Notes: generated by a model not told the origin, from the letters alone. A stretch of DNA of 63,866 bases, filler included, from Octopus bimaculoides (GCF_001194135.2; 5 parts of 5 records of this genome joined end to end with filler, not necessarily neighbours in it); one strand, 5' to 3'. Positions 25,251 to 38,560 are shown, counted from the whole stretch's first letter. Made by a program: numbers and translations.

Positions 25251-25623
25251 CGACGATGACAATGACGATGACGACGATAATGATGATGATGATGAGGATG
25301 ACGATGATGATGACAATGANNNNNNNNNNNNNNNNNNGAGGAGGAGGAGGAGGAGGAGGAGGAGGAGAAGAAGAAGAAGAAGAAGAAGAAGAAGAAGCAG
25401 AAGAAGAAGAAGAAGAAGAAGAAGAATCCTTTCTACTAAAGGCACAAGGCCTGAAAGTTTGGGGAAGGAGACTAGCCAATTACACTCACTCCAGTACTCA
25501 GCTGGTACTTATTGTATCGGCCCCAAGCAAAGTTGACCGCTGCGGAATTTGAACTCGGAATGTGAAGACAAATGAAATGCCGCAGAGCATTTTGCCTGGC
25601 ATGACAAGATTCTGCCATTCGCC
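25150..25623 (-). mobile_element. SINE family C copy (25428-25623) adjoining a compound AAT/GAT/GAG/GAA microsatellite
   Basis: Reverse complement of the family C body ending ..ccttgtgcctttagtagaa, followed by triplet arrays. Confidence 0.75.
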
Positions 25624-25764
25624 GGAGTTTCATTTGTTTTATACAGAAGACAATGGAATGAAGAAATGCGAATAAGCTAAGTAGATTTGTTCCAAAATTA
25701 AAAGAAACTGAGTACAAATCTAAGGAAGACATTTATGCTACTTGTTCACTGATACCCGTTTACC

Positions 25765-26146
25765 TGTTGGCACTCCGTCGCTTACGACGTCGAGGGTTCC
25801 AGTTGATTCGATCAACGGAACAGCCTGCTCGTGAAATTAACGTGCAAGTGGCTGAGCACTCCACAGACACGTGTACCCTTAACGTAGTTGTCGGGGATAT
25901 TCAGCGTGACACAGTGTGACATGGCTGACCCTTTGATTTACAGTCACAACAGAAAGAGGAAGTAAGAGTGAGAGAAAGTTGTGGTGAAAGAGTACAGTAG
26001 GGTTCGCCACCATCCTCTGCCGGAGCCTCGTGGAGCTTTAGGTGTTTTCGCTCAATAAACACTCACAACGCCCGGTCTGGGAATCGAAACCGCGATCCCA
26101 TGACCGCGAGTCCGCTGCCCTAACCACTGGTCCATTGCGCCTCCAC
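25765..26146 (-). mobile_element. Full-length SINE family A with 11-bp TSD
   Basis: Reverse complement of the 14635 copy; TSD acccgtttacc at 25754-25764 and 26147-26157. Confidence 0.93.
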
Positions 26147-27335
26147 ACCCGTTTACCATATTGACAAGAAACAAACGTACCTCAGAGACACATTTTTGAG
26201 GCCTACTACAAGAATACATTATAGCAAAAACATGATTTACGTACGACAGAATAAATGGTGTCCTTATGAAATTCATTGAAGATTATATTTTGTGGACCCG
26301 GGTATGCTTGCTTGGGTTCTGGGTAGTACCCATCCCTAGTCATGCCTTATGTCGCTCCAATTTGCTATTGAGTGTCTTAAATTATCCAAAAATACAAAGT
26401 TTTGGCCAGTATTTCTAGTAAGCCGGGCAACAAAATAAAGTTTCCTACATTCACTACTGGATTGATTCTTTAAATTTTTTTTTAATAAGTGTATTAAAAC
26501 CGAGTTAAAGTGACGCAGAAAACAATATATTTATATTCAGTTTTGATCTAATCGAAATACAAGGGACAATAAAGACAAAGAAGATATATCGTTCAAACAC
26601 ATTCAGCCATTTATTGGTTGGAACAAATCAACTGGAAAAGCCAGTGTATCAGCACTTTTTGACCTGGAATTTTCAGATATGGACGTTATATATATATATA
26701 TCATCTAATGAGGGTATAACGTAGACCACCAATAGCCCATCCCATTTCCTTTCAATTATATTCGCTTTTTTCTTTTTTTTGTTTAGTTAATTTCTTTCTG
26801 AAGTATTGCTACGAAACACGATTCGTTGAAACAAGTTTCAAGCGCTAACAGTTTATCATTGGCTAACGGCTTTGGAGAAGGCGTTTAGTAGAAATGAGAA
26901 ACTCAAATAATGAGCTGGTTTCCACCATTTTGTCTATATCTATAAATCCACGACAGCTTACCCACTAGACAGACCACACAGCTAATTATTTATCTCTTCT
27001 CCCTCTACCTATCTATATATTTGTATGTAAATACATAACATGTCTATATATGTATTTACGTATTTATATTATTTATAATTTATAATTATATATATATATA
27101 TACATATATACATATAGCTCTCTCGATATGTTTCCCACGCCTAGTACTTGCCTCAATTAACTAATTGACTTCGATTCATCAGAACTACGTATAATATATT
27201 TGACCTGTATGTGTCTACTCCTCTGTTCCCGCCTTAATTCGATTTTCTATCGCCAATCCAAACATTCCTTACAATATTTTAAAGTGATTCAAACTAAACA
27301 TGTCTGCACGTAAGACACTAATCCGAGTAAATGCC

Positions 27336-27419
<84 letters not shown>

Positions 27420-27882
27420 TAAACATACACGCAATCCCCACTCCACTCACAGATACACACAAACACGCAAATACATCCATCCGCAGAAAACCACTCTAAA
27501 CCACACGAACATACATAGGTATACATGCATACAAATATCTACGCTAGTCTTTAAAATTTATAGTTGTTGCTCAGTACCATCTCTAACTCACTCTCTCTTT
27601 CTCCCTCACTTTCTTGCTTTTTCTCGTTCTTTCTCCTTCCCTCATTTATTTATTTTTTACTACACCTCTCTGATTCACACAGTTACTCATCCTGCATTAC
27701 CAGAACAGCCTTATCTCTCTGCTTTGTTTTCCTCCTCATTCTCTCTTTCTTACTTCCTCCATATACATATGTCTGTATATGTTTATATATATATATATAT
27801 ATCCGTATACATACACACACGCGCACAGACACATATAAATATAAATACATATATATTATATATTTGTCTATTTATATATGTG

Positions 27883-27962
<80 letters not shown>

Positions 27963-28266
27963 TGTATGTATGTATGTATGTATTACTGCTCCTCTTCCTT
28001 TCACTCTGTCCCTTTCCCATACAAAGTCTACTGCAGTCTTCCAAACTGGTTTTCACTGGACAAGAACTTCAGTCACGCTGATTGATCTCTGCTCTATCTA
28101 TCTATCTCTCTATCTGTTAATTTCTAGGTTCAAAGCTTTTATTATTAAACAGAACATCAAGTCAAGCGACAAGATAAACTTTCATAAAAGTTTCATACAC
28201 TATATCATTGGCTAACGAGTCAGTAATTATTGTTCCTCATATGAATATACACACATAAATAAACAC

Positions 28267-28322
<56 letters not shown>

Positions 28323-28355
28323 NNNNNNNNNNNNNNNATATACACACACATACAT

Positions 28356-28396
<41 letters not shown>

Positions 28397-29048
28397 ATTA
28401 TATATATACATACTTTTAGGGATATATTAATATATAATTTGAGTTATAGACCGCTGCTTGTGTGTGTGTCTATTGTATGCACCTCTGTGCTATATGTAGA
28501 TATATATATTTATATATGTGTGTGTGTATGCGTGTGCGTACGTACGTGTGTATGTATGTATGTATGTATGCATGTATGTATGTATGTATGTATGTATGTA
28601 CGTATATTTCTGTATGGAGTTATGCCCAAATACGTTTTTGTGCCCAAATACGATTTTGTCAAATATAGTTTTGCCAGTTCAAACACATTTACGATTTAAT
28701 TACCCAGAGTGACAAAAAAAAACACATATTGACAAACACACGCGCGTGTATATATATATACACCTGCGCATTCATATGCTTATAGGAGCACATAAATGCT
28801 TATATCAACAAAAATATTCGTTAAGTATTTGTATAATTTATATATTTGCATGCCTACATAAACATACACGGCCATCAATATGTGTGTGTGTATACAAGCA
28901 TGTATAAGCATACCTAGAGACAGGCACATGATATGAATTTACAGAGGTGTATACTTTCAAATGCGTGTGTGTACACGTATACGCATATACACATGTACGC
29001 GTATGTATGTTATGCGTATAAATAATATAGAAATAAGTAGATACATAC

Positions 29049-29129
<81 letters not shown>

Positions 29130-29278
29130 TGCGTATTATATATATGTGTGTATATATATATATGTGTGTATATATATATATGTACATATATATAGATGCG
29201 TATTATATATATGTGTGTATATATATATGTACATATATATAGATGCGTATATATATGTATATACTTATACAAAAATGC

Positions 29279-29328
<50 letters not shown>

Positions 29329-30301
29329 GCACGTATGTATATATATATATATACATATATATATGTGCAAGGTTACATACTACGTGCATGTATAAATTGG
29401 TACGAAATAACAGCTATACTTCCATGCTTCTATACGTGATGGTTGTACGCATGCATACAAATATACATACATTCATACATAACTATAATGTTTTAATTCG
29501 TTGCAAGTCACATCTATCATGAAGGAAATGTTTATCAGATCAGAAGTTCAAAAAGAGCAATGAAAATATTATATTTAGAGCGGTGATAATTTATTTTTCA
29601 AGTACATCATGTGGATTTAGATATATCGATAGAGTCGGGTGTTTAAAGTAACCCTTTAGATTTCTAAACAAACACAAACCAACACGATTTCATGGATAAG
29701 ACAGAAAAGGAAGCTTGTGGTATTTACATATCGTTATCTTTCCATTTCTATTTTTTTTTCTTTTTGTACATCTGGGTTTACGGGTAATTCTCATGTTTTT
29801 ACCTTGTATTTATTGTTATTATATCTGAATCTGATTTAAGGTTTTTCAAAAAAATTTCTGTGCGACTCACCGTAGAAGCAATAATACGTACGTACAGACA
29901 CACACACACACATACACACGCACACACACACACACNNNNNNNNNNNNNNNNNNNNNNNNNNNNNNNNNNNNNNNNNNNNNNNNNNNNNNNNNNNNNNNNN
30001 NNNNNNNNNNNNNNNNNNNNNNNNNNNNNNNNNNNNNNNNNNNNNNNNNNNNNNNNNNNNNNNNNNNNNNNNNNNNNNNNNNNNNNNNNNNNNNNNNNNN
30101 NNNNNNNNNNNNNNNNNNNNNNNNNNNNNNNNNNNNNNNNNNNNNNNNNNNNNNNNNNNNNNNNNNTATATATATATATATATATATGCATGCCGCCATA
30201 TTTCAATTCGTTAAACTTCTATGCATAATAGTAGGTATGTACATGCGTGTATACATGTCTGTATGTGTCTCTGTGTGGGTTGTGTGTGTGCATATATTCT
30301 T

Positions 30302-30537
30302 TCATTTACTTTTACTTGCCTCAGTCATTTGATTGCGACCATGCTGGAGCACCGACTTAAATGGTTTTAGTCGAAGAAATCGACACTTGGACTTATTCTA
30401 TCAGTTTTTTTGCCGAGCAGCTAAGATCACAGGGACACAAACACACTAGTATCGGTTGTCAAGCAGTGGAGGGGGAACAAATACAGACACAAAGACTCAC
30501 ACACACAAAAACACACGCAGACACACACACACGCACA

Positions 30538-30597
<60 letters not shown>

Positions 30598-30752
30598 CGA
30601 CGGGCTTCTTTCAGTTTCCGTCAACCAAATCCACTCACAAGGTTTTGGTCGGTCCAGTACTATAGTAGAAGATATTTGCCCAAGGTGCCACGCAATGGGA
30701 CTGAACCAAGAACCATGTAGTCGGGAAGCAAGCTTCTTGCCACACAGCCATG
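30302..30752 (-). mobile_element. SINE family B copy with internal (CA)n(TA)n
   Basis: Reverse complement of the family B head, core and tail. Confidence 0.85.
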
Positions 30753-31052
30753 TGGTTGTGAAGTAAACTTCATATCCCACACCTATGCTTATGTATATAT
30801 AGATGCTGGACTGCTGAAAGACTTTTCCATTTATCCCGAGCGTTAAACTAAAACACCTGTCTTCGTATTTTGTTGGTCTATAAATTTCAACTGTATATAT
30901 ATGTACATACAGTCCGCATTCTAGTCAACCCTAAGTTCGGTGGCTCACCTCTGCTATACTGGAGGATACGAGAATGGATTATGGAACCGGTGACTAAACA
31001 CTATTTTAAACTCTATACATGTTGCATTTTATTGATTCCCATTTATATAAGT

Positions 31053-31093
<41 letters not shown>

Positions 31094-31180
31094 ATAAAGA
31101 AACATTAAAAACAACAATAAAAAACAACAAGAGAACGTTTGCATACAATGTATTAGTTTGACGCTCGGTAAGAAGAAGGA

Positions 31181-31217
31181 GTTTTCGACGTTTCAAATAT
31201 AGTTCTTCGTCGGAAAG
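31181..31217 (-). ncRNA. Decayed minimal hammerhead motif in a short repeat next to (GATA)n
   Basis: Minus strand cttt-CCGACGA-agaactatattt-GAAAC-GTC-gaaaa. GAAAC/GUC is intact, U4 is changed to C, and the stems are weak. Confidence 0.45.
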
Positions 31218-31499
31218 GAAAAGAAAAAAGGGAGAAGTCCAAGGAACGAAAAAATCAGCAATAGCACGTATGTAGTTGCATTATTGAAGTGATAGATAAA
31301 TTGATAGATACATATATACATACATACATACATTTATAAAAATAGACTTACAAACATATTTTATCAGACAAATTTCAAAGTTAAATACATATTTCAGAGA
31401 AGCTTCTAAAAGATTTATTGTTGAAGTGACTTGATGAAGTCGCACTCCTGAGCCATTTACGCAAACATGCTTGTGCAGAATTTATAAACAAAAATATCT

Positions 31500-32400
31500 A
31501 AAAGTATACGGCCATCTTCTGCTGAGATGCGACATCCACCATATTTGTAGTAGCTCTGTTAGACATACCCATGGTCACACAGGCAGCTTCTGTCACTCGA
31601 TATGCCGATAATGCAAAATTATCACAAGTTGTATAGAGCCCTGCAAGCTTGCAGCGGAACTTGAATATAATATACAAAACAATGTGAAGTTCAATGCTGG
31701 AAAACTTCAAGCTCCGCGCTAGCAGCTTAGGAAAACGCCACATACTAAATGTATATCGGATCGAAAGGCACAGCAATCTCAAGGCCAGCGAGTGGGAGAA
31801 TTGGGGGATCAGTATGTGTACAAATGCATCATCTCTTGTGTTCTTTATCAAGATGGCAACAGATTGCGGACGAATGGCAAGGGAAGACATCAAGAAGTTA
31901 TATTGTCCTTGTGGAAGTCATTTGCCTTTAGTTGCGTGCATTATTGCTGTCAGCTGTAGTCATTACATAACTGTCAAACAACGGAGCTTGAAGCGATCCA
32001 ACGTTACTTACCAATAAGCCAGATGAACTACCATGAGTGGCTGGGAAGAACACTACGCATTTACTGCCTGAAGCGAAGGCGTGAGAAGTATGTAATTATG
32101 TTTAGAAAATTCTGAGAGTGCTAATATCTAATTTCGATATTGTCTGTTGTACAAATGCCTGAAATGGCCACGTTTCCGTAAGACCAAAGGAACTGGTCTC
32201 AGCATTTAAAGTATGACTTAATATTCAAAGGCTTACAGCTCTTTAATATCTGCCAATAAAATTAAGAAACTTACGCAATGTGGATGTGGTTGTCCCAAAA
32301 AGGAACTAGGCATTCTCCGATCCACGATAACAGAGAACGTCTCGGCATGAAGTACAGATGAGGGTAGTAGTATCACACTCCCTCATACACCCAATGAGCC
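31500..32400 (+). mobile_element. CR1/L2-group LINE reverse transcriptase remnant
   Basis: VTRYADNAKL (YADD-like, 31601), NNVKFNAGK, ELEAIQR, YCLKRRRE, FKGLQLFN; many stops and frameshifts. Confidence 0.8.
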
Positions 32401-32494
32401 AATGACAAGGATAAAAGCACAGGTAGATGTGGTGTATTGAAATTTTACCATCCAGAAGAGATCAGCATATATATATATGTATATATATACGAGC

Positions 32495-32571
<77 letters not shown>

Positions 32572-34996
32572 CATCTACACACATATATATATGTGTGTGT
32601 GTGTGTATGGTGTAGGCTTGTATGAGCGTATGTATATTGAACTTAGAATGGACTTAGAATATAGAGCTAGTGTTAATATAATTGACTCAAGGCAACTGAA
32701 TTTCAAGAATGTTGAACTCTGTTTTATGTAACTACTAACTCAACAGAATAGTTGCTTTGATGATTTTTTAAAGCTTGAATAATGACGATAACTAAGAAAT
32801 GTTAGTAAATAGTAACAGCATGCCTCAGGATAGTGTTAAATTCAATTCCTTGAATAGAATAAATGTATCTAAGAAATAGTAAGAAATATACCTTTCCAAG
32901 ACGAACATACTGACAAATGAACAAATAAAGAAAGAAAGTAATAGTTAAATAAATGAATAAATATATTAGTCCGTTATAATTACATTATAGTTTGATGCTG
33001 GCATAATTGTGTATGTGTAAATGTGAAAGGATGGACTACAACTGTTTAGTATCAGCATTAAAATGAGAAAATTACTACCTTTCATATATAATTTATGAAG
33101 GGAAAGACGTTAATTGTTAAATGAAAAAGAGTTTTTAAGATGGTAAAGGGACGTAAATTAGCTACTTAGCTCGTTTTATGAATCGGGCCGTGTTTTCTAT
33201 AAATAATAAAAGAAAAGATTATATGAAAGTGATAATTAATTAATTACGCATTTAAATTGCTGCTTCAATATATTTTATGTTAAGCAGGAATATACGATGC
33301 ATATAAGGAATAATAAGCAACTAGTTGCTGTATTGTGTTTGGCATTGTACGTATATGCTTGGTGAATAATACTGATATGCCTTACATATCTTACGTAGAC
33401 ATGGGATGAGACGTTCCATGTAGTGATTATGTAAAGGACATTTGTTTGGCAAACAAAGATTGCACACTTTTCAGTAGTACAAATATTACACGGTTTATAA
33501 TTCCCACATATCACTTAACCTTAGACAAAGTGTAATCAACTGAATTACTTTCAGCATGCATATACTGGAGGCTAGTGAATTTCAGTCGATTTTAATATAG
33601 TCTGTAAAAATATTTTTGTTTGAGAATTATATCTAAACCTATGTTGATTCGAAAATAAGCCAATATAATTTTTCAAGATATGACTATTTGATTTCAATAT
33701 GCAATGACAGACTATAACATCAGCTAAGCAGTTCGAGTCATAAGAGTATTTATTTCTATTAATCATAGTTAAAATTATTTAAGAACTGATTGTCATAGGT
33801 TTACTTTGTGTTGAGAAGATTAAACAAGATTATATGCAGAGATAGTTAATACGATATTTTTATATCATTTTTATTCAAACACGAATAGATTAAAGAGTTT
33901 ATTGGCAGACGTGATGGTTTATACTATTTTAAAAATATATGTAAACCAGATTTTTTTACTCTTCAGTGGGGTCCGTACTGTTACCAGTATAAGCAATTTT
34001 ATCTTTGCATACACTTCCAGCTAAAACATACAAGATAATTCAAAAGTTATTTGTAACAAAAACTATACTAAATTTATGCAGTTTGAAATATGTGACTTCT
34101 ATATAGTTATAACTTTATTCATACATACCAAAGATCCTATTGTTAGATGTATAAGCCATACTTACACATACACAACTACTCTAACATCAAACTATAATAA
34201 TGTAGTGTTGTTTTCTTCTTCACTGCTATTAATTAAATATTCAAGTAATTAGGTAACACATTAATTTATTTGTTCCACATCTTCACGATACACTTTTGTA
34301 ACATTTTCGTCTTCCTTAGATTTTTAAGATTATTTTCATTATATCAAAACTCGCTGTATATCATTGCTATTTCCTATTTTAGCACACCACCCATGATTAT
34401 TTTTCTTTAGAAAGATGTATAGACGTTTATTTAATTGGTTTCCAATTTCATGGATTTTAAAAGTAGATTGTGAGAGAGGTACCAGGACCTAGGCAGTATT
34501 GCTTCTACTGTGACTAGAATCTGAAAATTTGTTCCTTTTCATGGCGAGATAATGGCTCGTGTTGCTATTAGTTTAGGTAGTTTGTTTGATTGATTGTGGT
34601 CTCGTGATCAGAGGGTCCTACGATTGATAGTTACGCAAAAAGTGAAAGCAGTGATATTCTTATGAAAGTGTCATGTGAGAGCATGAATAACAACTGCGTA
34701 TTATATCATGTGACAGCATGGAAAACAATTACACATTATGTCCATGAATTAGGTCACATGTGAATATGAATGATCATTGCATTAAACGTTAAATTTCTCT
34801 AAAATCAGTGAATGCGTCACGCGATAGTATGAGCTACAGGTTGCCATAATAGTAATTTCTTCTTTGCATTCAAGTGGCAACAAGATGTGCATAAGGTTTG
34901 CAACGTGTCTGTATGCAACAATTTGAACTACAGTAGTGCAATGACACGGTCCGATATATTGCTGTACATTATTCATCTAAGGTTTATTTTCATACC

Positions 34997-35028
<32 letters not shown>

Positions 35029-35729
35029 NNNNNNNNNNNNNNNNNNNNNNNNNNNNNNNNNNNNNNNNNNNNNNNNNNNNNNNNNNNNNNNNNNNNNNNN
35101 NNNNNNNNNNNNNNNNNNNNNNNNNNNNNNNNNNNNNNNNNNNNNNNNNNNNNNNNNNNNNNNNNNNNNNNNNNNNNNNNNNNNNNNNNNNNNNNNNNNN
35201 NNNNNNNNNNNNNNNNNNNNNNNNNNNNNNNNNNNNNNNNNNNNNNNNNNNNNNNNNNNNNNNNNNNNNNNNNNNNNNNNNNNNNNNNNNNNNNNNNNNN
35301 NNNNNNNNNNNNNNNNNNNNNNNNNNNNNNNNNNNNNNNNNNNNNNNNNNNNNNNNNNNNNNNNNNNNNNNNNNNNNNNNNNNNNNNNNNNNNNNNNNNN
35401 NNNNNNNNNNNNNNNNNNNNNNNNNNNNNNNNNNNNNNNNNNNNNNNNNNNNNNNNNNNNNNNNNNNNNNNNNNNNNNNNNNNNNNNNNNNNNNNNNNNN
35501 NNNNNNNNNNNNNNNNNNNNNNNNNNNNNNNNNNNNNNNNNNNNNNNNNNNNNNNNNNNNNNNNNNNNNNNNNNNNNNNNNNNNNNNNNNNNNNNNNNNN
35601 NNNNNNNNNNNNNNNNNNNNNNNNNNNNNNNNNNNNNNNNNNNNNNNNNNNNNNNNNNNNNNNNNNNNNNNNNNNNNNNNNNNNNNNNNNNNNNNNNNNN
35701 NNNNNNNNNNNNNNNNNNNNNNNNNNNNN

Positions 35730-35761
<32 letters not shown>

Positions 35762-37619
35762 GGCAAATAAGGAAATCGAGAGGATACAAAAGTGACATAC
35801 ATCAGATGGTAGACATTCAAGTATGTCTAACTATTCCAACGTATTAGAACGTATTAGAATACATACACATGTAATAACTTACACACACATGTACTGATAT
35901 TACAGAAAGCAGAAGAAAAGAGCAGAAGATCAGATTGTCAGAAGGTACTATGTTCTTTGCGGCCGTTTCTACAAAGAGGCAACGAAGTCCTCCATGCAAT
36001 CTCCATCTCCTCAGTGTTCTGTAGGGATGGGAAGATAAAGTTTGGATGATGAATATGCCTCTAGGCTTCTTCAGAGGGTCTAAGTGGTTGGGAAGGTTAA
36101 TACATATAAAAAACAGTTAACAATAGATACAGTGTGTTTGACTTTTTAAAAGGGCAGAAAAGGAATAGGAGCAAACATGAAGATGTTAGTGTAGTACAAC
36201 TTAGTTTAATTATTTGGGTACAGGAAGGGGAATAAGCTAGAGGTTTCCCGTGATGTATTCCCGGATCCATGTTAAGGGAAAGTAAACACACCAACACTGG
36301 TTGTCAAGCATCGGGTGGGTGGACAAACAACAACGACACATAGAAGACAGGTTCCCAGACAGTCTTCCTCAATGAAATTCAGTCACAAGGTAGTCGTCAG
36401 CTCAGGGCTGTATTAAAAGATGTTGATACATGGACAACGTGTCCCGAGTGAGAAGAAAAAGGAAACCAGTCTGTTCGGAAACGAACTTCGTAACCACACA
36501 ATCGACAGATGAAACGAGATAACTCGATAGATGTAGTTGAAGCATCAGACACTACGGCGGGTTATGACGTACAATCGTATAAAAATCATACTTTCTTAAA
36601 TAAACTGAAAGCAATATGACGTTTTTCATGACGATCTATGTGTTTCTGTGTATGCATGTGTATGTATGCATATATGCATGTACACACACNNNNNNNNNNN
36701 NNNNNNNNNNNNNNNNNNNNNNNNNNNNNNNNNNNNNNNNNNNNNNNNNNNNNNNNNNNNNNNNNNNNNNNNNNNNNNNNNNNNNNNNNNNNNNNNNNNN
36801 NNNNNNNNNNNNNNNNNNNNNNNNNNNNNNNNNNNNNNNNNNNNNNNNNNNNNNNNNNNNNNNNNNNNNNNNNNNNNNNNNNNNNNNNNNNNNNNNNNNN
36901 NNNNNNNNNNNNNNNNNNNNNNNNNNNNNNNNNNNNNNNNNNNNNNNNNNNNNNNNNNNNNNNNNNNNNNNNNNNNNNNNNNNNNNNNNNNNNNNNNNNN
37001 NNNNNNNNNNNNNNNNNNNNNNNNNNNNNNNNNNNNNNNNNNNNNNNNNNNNNNNNNNNNNNNNNNNNNNNNNNNNNNNNNNNNNNNNNNNNNNNNNNNN
37101 NNNNNNNNNNNNNNNNNNNNNNNNNNNNNNNNNNNNNTATATATAAGTTGATAGAAATTGGTTATATACACGTGTGTGCCTGCGTTTAGAAATGGTATCA
37201 CATTGCAATACACGTTCGTGCACTATATCAGACAATATATCCCAAGACACTTCGAGAAAACACTGAAAGGCATAGAGAGGGCTTAATTAATTTAGTTCAA
37301 TATACACAAACTTATTTACTATAAGAGGAAAAACATTCTGTGACGGGTTACCATGCACTAAGTGAATAAGTATTATTGTTAATGTAAGTTCAGAAACAAA
37401 CCGATACCTTTCACAAGGTATGTATACGTGTGCATGTATGTATGTATGTGTACACACACACGCGCGCACACATATACATACACACACACATACACACACA
37501 TACACACGCGCGCGCACATACATATGTATACATACATATGGAGATAGAAAGTTAGACAGACAGATATGTAGGTATATATATATGTATATATATATATATA
37601 TATATATGTGCGTGTGCAG

Positions 37620-37702
<83 letters not shown>

Positions 37703-37882
37703 NNNNNNNNNNNNNNNNNNNNNNNNNNNNNNNNNNNNNNNNNNNNTTAATTAATTAANNNNNNNNNNNNNNNNNNNNNNNNNNNNNNNNNNNNNNNNNN
37801 NNTATATATATACATATAATGTATGTGAGTTGATATAATAAAGAATAAATGGAGCAAAACGCATATAATAAATAAGTTCCTT

Positions 37883-37975
37883 TAATTCCGACACATGTTT
37901 CGAAAATTACATGAACACTATTCCAAAGGAATAAAAGATGTTTTTATAAATGTAATTTTCTCTTCAGGGAATCAT
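37883..37975 (-). ncRNA. Apparently intact type I hammerhead ribozyme with extended stem II
   Basis: Minus strand tgATTCC-CTGAAGA-GAAAATTACAT-(37 nt)-ATGTAATTTTC-GAAA-C-atgt-G-TC-GGAATta. Stem I is 5 bp plus G.U and U-A, stem II is a perfect 11 bp, the core is canonical, and GUC cleavage is predicted between 37890 and 37889. Confidence 0.85.
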
Positions 37976-38560
37976 CCTTCGAATGCAAGACCTATACCGA
38001 ATGTGTGTATTTATATTTTGATAGCAGTCGCGTTGCTTAAATCCATTAGAAATCACTTGTCCATTATAGTGTCGAAACAATGCTTCTCTGCTGTATAGGA
38101 ATCACTGTATTGTTCCTACAAACCGCTGCAGGTCTCTGCCGTTTCCAGATATATTTCGATATTTCGAAAATGCTTTGGTATACTTCTGATGCCTTTTGAA
38201 TAGTGTTCTGCGAATTATCTGTGATATTTCTGTTCGTGTTGATTTTTTTTTATATTGAAGTAAGAACACCCTAATACTTTTGCGATTGCTTTCTTTGAAA
38301 TGTATTGTCATTTGCACTCTTAGTGTCATGCTATTTGAAATCTAATGATAACCAAAGTCATTACTCGGAAGCGTTCACTAATAATTGTTCGTGCAAATTC
38401 ATAGAAACCAGGGCTCCACTGTAGCTTTGCTATGATTCTTCAGCTTCGAATAAATACAAAATATCCCATAAGATCTTTGAAACTGCCATGCTCATTGTTC
38501 GAATACCTTGCACAGGACCCTGAGCAAGTATGTATTACACCAAATATAAGTCGTCAAGAA
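37976..38560 (-). mobile_element. Degenerate Penelope-like element 3' region (GIY-YIG endonuclease) leading into the hammerhead
   Basis: Across frameshifts: GVLTSI*KKINTN, TLFKRHQKYTKAFSKYRN, EISKYIWK, AEKHCF. These correspond to the PLE GIY-YIG C-terminal motifs FK.R..H..SF, LSKYIW and C..EK. Confidence 0.6.

Noticed and set aside
36040-36085. Minus-strand CTGAAGA-a-GCCT-ag-AGGC hairpin
   Set aside because: No GAAA or cleavage triplet follows.
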